64,000 bases of DNA from Isurus oxyrinchus (lineage: Eukaryota): NCBI GenBank assembly GCA_026770705.1, contig JANJGN010000008.1, forward strand, positions 9,672,001-9,736,000, in the 5' to 3' direction. The notes below the pieces were generated by a model. The model worked only from the letters and a program-made list of their open reading frames with translations, searched no databases and was not told where the DNA came from. Both the position numbers and the translations under genes were made by a program. Positions within the stretch are counted from its first letter, which is position 1. Each line of letters opens with the position of its first letter. Positions 52,171 through 63,368 of the stretch are shown here, one piece after another.

Positions 52171-54750
52171 GAAGACTAATTTTTTCCCTCAATCTCCTAT
52201 AAACTTTATCAATTGGGACTACTGTATTGAAATTTCCATATCCTCCACTTCTCTTCCATTCAGTCAACCATCTGATTAGAGTGTTTATGACCTATCATAA
52301 ACTCCATTCTCTGAGCCACATATGAATTAACATGTGCAAAATGTGTTCGAGTCTCGAATCTTGCTTGAATATCGAGAATTATATCCTTGAAAGCACACCC
52401 CCTCTGGTCTTACACTCAGGTCTAAGATCATTTCTCTTCGATTTCATCTATAGCGATCAATATTTTAAAGGCATGCATACATGAACCCCGCTATCCTCTT
52501 TTCTAAAATGAAAGTGAACCATACATCTTGGTCCTTAAACTGTTCAATGACACCTAATTCCAAAGGCTTCAAATTATCATAGTCGACTTTCAAGTTCTCA
52601 GGCAGGAAATATATTTTTGATCAATACTACAGACTACACTCTAGAATTGGCCACACAATTGATTTGCATAATAATTTGTCATGACTCTAAACCATTAACT
52701 TTCAAGTGTTTCTACATTCCTAATTTGCTATATTACTACCACTTTCTCATTGCCTACGCCCTTTCAGTGTTTAAAATCTGATCACTCATTTTCTTGCTCA
52801 TTGTATATGATCATACACATATTAGCTTATTTTTTATCTACGACAAATACATTTTGTATCTTAAAGGAATTTTTATAGTTGTTAAATGTCACTGAGAATA
52901 ATCATTTTTCTATAACCTCTCTACCTGCCCACACATCTGTATGCCACTGGGAAAAGTTTATGAAGAACATGCCATGAAGTTGCACTGATCCTTTCTAAAT
53001 TTAAATGCATAGGAAATGTTGACCTGATTACACATGCTGTAAATGTTGAAATGTAAGTATCTTGAGAGGAACTCGGACCATACAAATAACTGTGCAAGTA
53101 TTGAACACTTTCTTTGACAACAGACTAGGAATTTCAGCTAGGTGCTCTAAACCAGATGGTTAGTTTTTCGTGGTTTTGGTGTCAATGTGTGAGTTAGGAG
53201 CAATTAATATCAGGATGTTTTTGAATATCGGATCAGCCTAAATTGATCAGGTTGCCTTGTATTCCAGGAAAACCATGACAATCTTCTGGCAGTAAAGCAA
53301 TCTTCATTTCATCTAGAGTCATTGTCAGAACTTCTGAACTGTTTTGAAATGTCCACTGAAAATCTTCCTTAAAAGTAATGATTTATTTATCCTCACTGAT
53401 GTAACTCTCAGAGGTTGCTAATATATTTCATCTTGCAACCTATCATTTGCAAACCTGTCTTAGCATTTCTATACTCCCTAGCTGTCACTTGTACCATCCT
53501 GCAAATGATTCCGAAATGTTTTCTTTATTTGCATGGTCGGTGGACTCAGATATAAGCACCAGTATAGTTCGTTAGTTTTTTTTTGAACACTGTATTGAAA
53601 CTGAATAGTTGTTCTTAGATCCCTAGGTGCTTTATTCATAGATGTCTGAAAAATGTCAGCAGGTCTACTTTAAGTGTTTATTTCATGATTCTTATGTTGC
53701 AGTGATTTACCAAACCTGCAACTTTTTGTTCTAAATATGCAAATCTGGGTTGCAGTTTTAACAAATGTTGATCAAATTTCAAATTCAGGAGAGATGTTTG
53801 AGATATTGCATTTTCAGACCGCCCTTGTTGAATAATGCAGGGGGTTCAATTCAGCTCAGAGTAATTGGATGAAATCATCATCTTTTCAGCTGTTAAGGGC
53901 CAGATACTACAGGTACCAAACTTCTGTGTACCTTTAGAGTGTAATGGCATCTAAGGGGTGAGTGGAATTGGACAATGATCTCATTTGAAATGTTGCCCAT
54001 ACAGGGAGCATTCTTTCCGTTTCTTTATGCATGTGAACTGATCTTTTTTCACTGGTATCTAAATATCAGTTCCCAGAAACATGACACTTTTACCCTGTCT
54101 ACACTAAAGCAATTCAAATATCTTTAAATTATTGAATTAGCTCAAAGTCAGTTTTTATGTAGCTTAAATGAAGTGGAATAATATAGGGCTACCAGATCAA
54201 TTTAGAATGAACCGATACCCAGAAACATGATAATATTAGTTAATTAGTACTACTGCACTATGACTGCAACAACTGGTAACTAACCAACAGGTTTGCAGGA
54301 CGATATGGAACTCCTATTCTACTATCAAGTAATATGTTCTATGCTTGCATGGTTTCGTGTATGCACAGAGTTCCTCAAAATTTGGTGAGATTTAAATGGT
54401 TAAAGTGTGTTGGACATAGGCAACAATTCCTGGCATTTAAGGGAACACCATGTTGTACAGCAGATGCCAACAGACAACATGTCCTCCCAGAAAAAAATGC
54501 AAACTCGGGTTGACAGTGTAATAATTTACATGTAATCATAAAATAACACAAATACAATCTACAAGATACTAGTACACAGCAATGGCACACAGATGTTGAC
54601 AGGAAATAGAAACATGGCACAAAACTGCAAAAGAGGGCTGTAAGGTAATACTTCTATCATTTTGTTCCAACGTGCAGGATTTCCTTAAATATATCTGTAA
54701 AGCCAAATTAAGTCTGAGAAGGTCTTATTGACTTTTTAAAAGCATCTCAC

Positions 54751-57213
54751 CTCACTATTTATATGATTGCTGCAATTTTCGGAATTATTCATTTTCATGT
54801 TTTCTTTCCTGCCAGAATCATTCCGAAAATAATTCTTGTCTGTCGATGACCTGCATGTGTTGGGGGTTATGAAGTCTCTCTTTGTTGACTGCAATGTTGA
54901 ACATGACTCATAGCGGAAACTCTGAGAAAGTGGATCACCTCCGAATACCTCAACATAGTTCGGGGGTATCTGAAGGTTTCTACTGGCCTTTTGAATTCCA
55001 TTCAGAGAATTTCTGGTTTCAAAGCAGCAACAAACACGCAGGGAACAGTGCTGACCACCCAAAGCATTTCTGCTTTTATGAACTTTCACAGCGAGAATAA
55101 TTAAAATCACTAGAAAAATGATAGAAATTACTCCTAATGTTATCACCAAGGAAAGGCTCAGATCAGGAGTGAACCCTGCATCTTCAGACGATCCACTGAC
55201 GGTGGAAAATGTTTCAGTGTCGCCACCTACCACAGATAAGATGATGGTCACTGTGGCAGAAAGTGATGGTGTTCCATTATCTTTTACCACAATCACCAAC
55301 CTTTGCTTAGAGGCATCGTTATGGGCAATATGACGGATAGTCCAAATTTCCCCAGAGTCTGGTGAAATAGTAAAAAGGTTATTCTGGGTAGCCTGGAAAA
55401 TTGAATAAGAAAGGCGAGCGTTCTGACCGGCGTCAGCATCAGTGGCTGATACCTTGGTAACCAAGTAGCCTGGTTCTGCAAACCTGGATATTGTCTCTAG
55501 TGCTGTTGACCCATAGTCGGCTAATGGGTGCACGATCACTGGAACATTGTCATTCTGATCAAGGATAATAACATTCACTGAGACATTGCTGCTGAGTGTT
55601 GGGGTTCCGGAGTCCATGGCCTGAGCTTGGATCTGAAAGTTTTTCAATTTCTCGTAGTCAAAAGTTCTCTGAGCTAATATGTCCCCAGTCTCCGAGTTAA
55701 TAGAGATGTAAGTGGATACCGAGGCGTTCTGAATTTGCGCTTCCAGGATAGAGTATTTTAGCCGAGCGTTCTGACCAACATCGGGATCAAAGGCTGTAAT
55801 GGAAAATATAGAAGCGCCAATAACATTGTTCTCCATGACGCTTGCTGTGTATAAAGACTGGGTAAACCGTGGGACATTGTCATTTATATCTGAAACCTCC
55901 ACCCGAATATTTTTCTTGGATGTGAGAGGGGGATTTCCTGAATCTGTGCATGTTATAGTGACGTCATACTTGGAGGCATTTTCACGATCTAGTGAACGTT
56001 GAACAAGTAGTCCATAATAATTCTTCAAAGAAGAATCTAGTTTAAAGGGGAGTTTATTTGATGTTTGACATTGTACCTGCGCATTTGCTCCCGTATCTTT
56101 ATCTGCTGCACTGAATAGAGCGACTACAGTTCCAACTGGAGCATCTTCTGAGACTGTACTGGACAAAGACGTCAATGTCACCTCAGGGGCGTTATCATTC
56201 ACATCAATAACATCCACAAAAACATTACAGTGTCCGGACATTGCATCTGAACCCTTATCCATTGCTTGTACGTTAATCTGAAAGGCCTTGTTCTCTTCAT
56301 AGTCCAAATTCCCTTTCAATCTGATTTCACCAGTTTTGGAATCCACGTCAAACTGTTCCCGAACTCGAGCAGAGCCATGACTACTGAGCGAGTACCTTAT
56401 CTCTCCATTGGGGCCATCGTCCAAGTCAGTGGCATTTAAAATGATTACCCGAGTTCCTGTGGGTGCCGTTTCCAATAGGCTGACTCTGTAAACTGACTGG
56501 GGAAAGACAGGGGCGTTGTCGTTTGCATCCTTCACTATGATTGTGACCTGAACCGTGCCGGATCTCACAGGGACCCCGCCGTCCTTGGCTATTAACGTTA
56601 ACATGTGGCTGGATTCCGTTTCTCTATCCAAGGAACTCTGCAGCACCAACACTGGCACATTTCCTTCCCCACTACGCACATCGAGAATAAAATAATCGTT
56701 GGGAATGAGCTCGTAGGTTTGCAATGAGTTAGTTCCAATGTCCGGATCGTGTGCGGACTCGAGGGGAAAGCGTGTTCCCGGCGTAGAAAGCTCTGAGATT
56801 TCAAGGCGGATTTGTGTCTTTGGGAAACTGGGAGCATTGTCATTCACATCGAGAATCTCCACTTCAACCTGGTACAGCTTTAAGGGATTTTCAACCAAAC
56901 CGTCCAAGGAAATCACACAACTCAAACTAGGCCCGCAAATCTGTTCTCTGTCAATTTTTTCCTTTACAAATAAACTGCCAGTTTCCAAATTTATGTCCAC
57001 ATATTGTTTCCTGGGACCGGGTACAACCCGAAAACGGCGAGCCGAGAGCTGCTTTATATCTAAACCCAAATCATCTGCGATATTCCCAACAAAGGAGCCC
57101 AGCTGCAGTTCTTCAGGAATTGAGTAACGAATCTGCCCAAACACGAGATTCCACCAGGAGAATACACAATAAAATAATTGGCATTTCAGCAACCAGTATC
57201 TTTTATATCTCAT
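54751..57213 (-). CDS. Clustered protocadherin variable exon V10 (homogenised subgroup)
   Basis: ATG 57213, six EC repeats, TM, conserved cytoplasmic motif; donor at 54751/54750. Confidence 0.95.
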
Positions 57214-57418
57214 TTCCAGCGAGAATCATTCCCCTTGTTTCAGAACGTGCACGAACCATGAATTATCCTTTTTACAGTTATATCAATATATTATAAACCG
57301 GAAAAGCTGCAATGCAGCAAATACCTGAGTGTTTTACGAATCGCTTGTATTATTTCATTTCAATCTTCTATTTTTGTCTAAAATTGCCAGTGGATTCGTG
57401 CAGAAATCCAACCGAGCT

Positions 57419-57628
57419 GCTCGCTATCCAATTTTACACTGCGTCTGATCGTGCGTGATGGTGGCTGTGTATTGAAGGGGGCAGTCCGGATCCCCAATCA
57501 CATCTCAGCTTCTGATTGGTGAACAGAAGCACATTGAAATTCGACCAATCAGAAGAGTGTTCATTTCTTAAAGCAGGATGTTCTGAAACAAGCGCAGAAG
57601 TATAGATTTATTGTTGCACTATTGAAAA
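57419..57628 (-). promoter_or_regulatory. Conserved promoter-like block of V10
   Basis: cgctatccaattttacactg, gaagggggcagt, CCAAT 57494, ATTGG 57515, CCAAT 57545, cttaaagc. Confidence 0.82.
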
Positions 57629-57854
57629 TTAAAGAAAGCGTTTGTTTTACTATTCTGCATTACTTGCGTCTCTTGCGAACTTATCTCTAGGTCTCAGTTG
57701 CAATGAACAGGTTAAGAGTCAGCTTTGTATTAAATGCAATAAAATAAATCAAAATTAAAAAAAATAAATTTGACCTTAGGAGTCAGCTTAGCTCACTCGT
57801 TCTGTTAATTTCACGCAGTTCTGATTCTGCTTCATTATTTCGTCATAATGTCAA

Positions 57855-59086
57855 TTCAATGTGACTAGCAGAATAGAGAAGGGGGAAACTGCTGGTGGTG
57901 GTATATTTCGACTTTCAGCAAGCTTTTGATGAGGACCCACACAAAACGTTAGTAAAAAAAAATCAGCGCACATGGGATTGGGGATAATGTCCTGACATAG
58001 ATTGAAAACTGATTTGTGGACAGAAACAGAGAGGAGGATTAAATGGGTTATTTTCAGGTTGCTTCGTTGTGGCTAGTGTGGTACCACAACGATATATGCT
58101 TGGGCCCCAGCTGTTCACAATGCTTATCAATGATTTGGAGGTGGGAATTAAATGGAATATTTCCAAGCTTGCAGATGATACAAAAACTGGATGGAAATGT
58201 GAGTTTGTGAGGAGGATGCAAAGACACTTTAAGGAAATTTGGAGGCTAAGTGAGGGGGCAAAATGTTTGTTAGGTGGGATGTATGGTATGGAAACATGAG
58301 GTTATTCACTTTGGTAAGGAAAAACAGAAATACAGAGCAATTCTTAAACGGTGAGAGGCTGGGAAGCATTGAGTTTTAAAAGGACTTGGCTGCCCTTGTC
58401 CATGAGTCAGTGAAAGCTAACATGCAGAAAGCAAGCTATTAAGAAGACAAATGGTATGTTGGCCTTCATTACAGGATGATTTAAGTACACAAGTAAAGAT
58501 GTGTCACTGAAATTATATAGAGACTTGGTGGGACTACCCCTGGAATATTGTGTGCAGTTTTGGTGCACTTACCAAAAGTAATATATACTTGCCATAGAGG
58601 GAGTGCGTTGGAGACTCATTAAATTAATTCCTGGGGTGGAGGGCTTGTCCTGTCAGGAAAGATTAAATAGTCTGGGCCTTTATCTCTGTGGTATCTCATG
58701 CGAACATACAAAATACTTACAGGGCTGAATAGGATAGATGCAGGAAGGATTTCTCCTTGGCTAAGGGGCCTAGAACCAAGGGACGCAGCCTCAGGATAAG
58801 GGGCAGGTCATTTAGGACTGTGATGAGGAGGAATTTCTTCACTCAAGAATGTGGTGAACCTTTGGAATTCTCTGCCCCAGAGGGCTGTGGAGACTCAGTC
58901 ATTGAGTATGTTCAAGACTGAGATCGATAGATTTCTACTTATTAAAAATAAGTATGGATACGGGGATGGTGCAGGAAAATCTTCTTGAAGCAGAAGATCA
59001 GCCATAATCTCACTGAAGGGCACAATGCGCCCGAAGGGGTGAATGGCCTGGGTGTTGGGAAATGGCTCCTGTTTATTATGTTCTTG
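57855..59086 (+). mobile_element. CR1 LINE 3' portion (family B), decayed RT
   Basis: gactttcagcaagcttttgat (DFQQAFD), VPQRYMLGPQLFTMLINDL, KLADDTK; 3' gaatggcctg...ttattatgttctt. Confidence 0.88.
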
Positions 59087-59649
59087 TCCTCAAGCAGATA
59101 TTGATTCTTATAAAAGAACTCTAAATGATATCCTTGTTTTCATATAAAACTAATGAAACTGCAGCACTGATATTTCCATAATCCTCCCCTTCTCGTCCAA
59201 ACATCGAGCTAACCATTTTATTAGAATGTTATTTGATCAATCGTGAGCTCCATTCCCTGTGACAAACATCCATTAACCTGTGAAAAAATATATGTTCTAA
59301 TCCTGAACATTGCATTATTATTGAGAATTTTATCCTAAGCACAGTGCCCATTGTCTTACACTCCGATCCAAGGTAAATAGTTTATTATCTTCAATATCAC
59401 CTTTCTAGCTCAATATCTTAAAGTCATGCGTACATGGACACCTCCATCGCCCTTTCTAAAGTGTAGTATGCATGTAATTCCTTAAGGTATTCGAAAACAT
59501 CCAAAGAGCTAAAATCATCATGGTTACCTTTCAATTTCTAAGGCAGGAAATATAGCTTTGATCAAGATTACAGACCATACTCCAGAATGGGCCTTCTAAT
59601 TAATTTGCATAACGTCAATGTAATACTCTTGCTCCTTGTATGTATGTTC

Positions 59650-59845
59650 GTATGATGGTGGAAGCAGAGTATCTGAATATTTTTAAGGCAGAGGCGGATA
59701 GATTCTTGGTAAGCAAGGGGGTGATAGGTTATCGGCGGTAGTTGGGATGCAGATTTTAAGTTACCAACAGACCAGCCATGATCTTATTAATTGGGGGAGC
59801 AGGTTCGAGGGCCTGAATGATCTACTCCTAATGTTCTAATGTTCA
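59650..59845 (+). mobile_element. Short CR1 3' fragment
   Basis: ggtggaagcagag..tctgaatatttttaaggcagag...gggcctgaatg..ctactcctaatgttct matches the 3' ends at 20720-20890 and 58880-59086. Confidence 0.7.
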
Positions 59846-60448
59846 TAATACATTTTCATCACTCAAAATCACTAACTTCCAATACTTCTATAGTTTCAAT
59901 TTGCTATATTACTGCCACTTTCATATTGCTCAGTTGATTTCAGTTTTTGCTGTTTGATCATGCCCATTTTTCCTACTTTTAGTATTCGATCATATGCGCA
60001 TTAATCTTATTTTTATGCATCTTAAATCCTTTTCATATCTTTAAGCAATCTGTATAATCGTTCCATTTAACTCCGAAAATAATTATTTTTCTTTTATCTC
60101 ACTATCTGCCCACACACTATACATAACTGGGAGAAGTGATTACACAGCTACATCGTGTTCATATGATTTACAAGCTTTGTAAAAAGTTGGTAACCAAGAA
60201 AGGGTCCATGAAGAATACGTCAGGAAATTCTCCAGTCACTTTCAAAGCCTAAATGCATGGGAAGTGTTGACTTTGTTCTGCACACCCTAAATATTCAAAT
60301 AAAGGTACCTTGAGAGCAAATCTGAGCATGCACATAATGTGCAAGTACAGGACACCTTCGTCAACAACAGCCTAGCAATTTCAGCCAGGTACAGTATATC
60401 TGCTTGATTCTTGTTATTACCATCTCAGTGCGCCAGTTCTAGTTAACT

Positions 60449-61574
60449 AGCATTTGACCGAGTATAGAGTCAAGAAGCATTAGCAAATCTGAAGTCAATG
60501 GCAACAAGGGAGAAAGCTCTCCTCCGGTTGGATTCATGCCTAGCAAAAAATGAAATGGTTGTGGCTGTTGGAGGTCAGTCATCTCCGCTTCAGGACATCA
60601 CTGCAGGAGTTCCTCAGGGTAGTGTTGTCGGCCCAACCATCTTCAGCTGCTTCATCAATGAGCTTCCTTCCAACATAAGGTCAGAAGTGGGGATGCTCGC
60701 TGATGATTGCATAATGTTCAGCACCATTTGCGACTCCTCAGGTACTGAAGCAATACATTTCAAAATACAGCAAGACCTGAGCAATGTCCAAACTTGCCCA
60801 GAGAAGTGGCAAGTAATTTTTGCACCACACAAGTGTCAGGCAATGGCAATCTCCAGAAGCATGAATCCAAGCATCACCCCCTGATGTTCAATGGCATTAC
60901 CAAAACTGAATTCCCCCACTATCAACACGCTGGGAGTTACCATTGACCAGAAACTGAATAGCCATATAAATACTGTGGTTAGAAGAGCAGGTCAGAGGTG
61001 AGGAGTCATGAGGCGAGTAACTTCCCTAAGCTTGTCCACCATCTACAAGGCGTGTAAGGACTGTACCGAAATATTCTCCACTTCCCTGGATGATTGCAAC
61101 TTCCTCAACACTCAAGAAGCATGACACCGTCCAGGACAAAGCAACCTGCTTGATTGGCACCATATCCACAAACATTCAACCCCTCCACCACTGATGCATT
61201 GTAGCAGCAGTGTGCCATCTACAAGATGCAATTGCAGAATTCACCAAGACTCATTCGACAGCACCTACAAAACCTACGATCATTATCATCTGGAAGGACA
61301 AGGGCAGCAGATACATCGGAACACCACCACCTGGAAGTTTCCCTCTAAGTCACTCACCATCCTGGCTTGGATATATGTCACTATTCCGTCACTATCATTG
61401 GGTCAAGATCCTGGAACTCCCTTCTTAACAGCACTATAGGTGCACCTATGCCACATGGACTGCAGCAGTTCAAGAAGGCAGCTCACCATCACCTTCTCAA
61501 GGGCAACTATGAATGGGCAATAAATGCTGGCCCAGCCAGCGAAGCTCACATCCCGTGAATAAATTAAAAAAAAA
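60449..61574 (+). mobile_element. CR1/L2-group LINE 3' portion (family A) with RT motifs
   Basis: GVPQGSVVGPTIFSCFINELP, MLADDC, KWQVIFAPHKCQAM; gaataaattaaaaaaaaa tail. Confidence 0.88.
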
Positions 61575-63368
61575 TAATGTTAGGACGTTTTTGAATCTCA
61601 TATCATCCAAAAGTGATTAGGCTGCCTTGTACTGCCTTCCAGCACCAAATCAATCCTCGCTTCATCTAGACAAACTGCCATCAACTCGATGAGTCATAAA
61701 ATCCAGAAGCAGTCTCACTTCTGAACTGTTGTCAATTGTGCATTGAAAATCTTCATTAACAATACCCTTTGATCTGCCCAAGCTCCTGCAACTCCCAGAG
61801 AATTCTGTTCTTTGTAAAGTGCAGTCTCTCATTACTTAAACAGTCTTATGATTTTTGTGCTCCCTGGCTGTGAATGATTCATAAATGTTTTCTCAATTTG
61901 GATGGTTGGTGGAATTATACTTCATCACCCGATGGAATTAAAATGAACTGACACTCAGAGCCATGTTGATATGAGTTAATGAGAATTACTGAGCAGGGAC
62001 TGTGACAACGAGGAACTAACCAAATAGTTTACAGGGCCTGTGTGGAACTGATATTCTATTATCATCAAAAGCACTTGCATGATTTTGTGAAAGTAGAGTC
62101 CCTCACAAGACAATTACATTGAAACATTTAGAGTTTGTGAGACAAATCAACAATTCCCATACATTTAAGTATACTGCAGTTGGTTTAGGAAATGCCAAGA
62201 ATATAGTTACTTAGCTTATTTTTTGAACATTGAAACCGATTAGCTGTTCTATGGTCCCTAGGTGCTGTATTTATAGAACTGTGAATATTGTTAACATGAC
62301 TATTCCATCATGCTTATGTTGTGGTGAGTTCCCAATCCTATAAATCCCTATTTGAATTATGCAACTTGATTTTAGTTATGCCAGGTTTGGCTGCAGTTTT
62401 AAAAACTGCTGATCAAATTTCAAATGCATGAGTGAAGATTCCCGTGCTGTGTGAGCACATGGCTTCAATTCCACTCAGACTAACTGGGTAAAATTATCAT
62501 CTCACTTTATGCTGTTAAGGACTAGATGTTCTGGATACCAGGTTTTTACCATACCCTGAGAGCGCAATGGCATCAAAGTGCAGCTGGGTGGTTGTCTCAC
62601 ATGCATACTCTCCTAAACAGGGATATTTTGTTTCACATGTTTAAGCATGTCAGAAGATCTCCAATCACAGCGCTCTAAACATCAGTTAAAAGAACTATGA
62701 CATTGATTCCCTGTTGAGAGCAAAATGATTCAAAATGGATTTTTGAAAAACATTGAATTCACCTGAAGTCACTTTTTCTGCAGCCTAATTGAAGCATGGT
62801 CATCTTGGACTAGCTGATCAATTTGGAATGATCCATTACGCAAAAACATGCTAATATTAGATAATCAGAACTAGTATGCTGAGACTGTGATAACGAGGAA
62901 CTAATCAACTGTTTTACAGGACCTGTGTGGAACTGCTAATCTACTATCAGCAAAAGTGTTCTTTTCTTGCACAATTTCATGCATGCACAAAACTCCTCAC
63001 AAGATAGTTGCAGTTTAATGTTCATAGTGTGCAAAAAAGTCAACAATTCTCATTCATTGAAGTAACCTTCAGTTGAGTTAGACAGTGTCAACAGGCATGC
63101 TGAGCACCCAGAACACCGGATTAACTTGGCTTGACAATGTAACAAGTCACATATAATAAAGAAACGATGCAAATTCATCCTACAAGATGCCATTACATTG
63201 CGTTGGTAAAGGGATGTTGAAAGGAATTGGAAATATGGCAGAAAGCTGATCAAGATCCATTTAAGGTATTACAACTATTGAATTCAAAAGGTAGGTATTT
63301 CCCTAAATACATCTATGCATTCAAATCAAATCAGTGAAGACCTTATTCACTTTCTAAAAGCACCTCAC

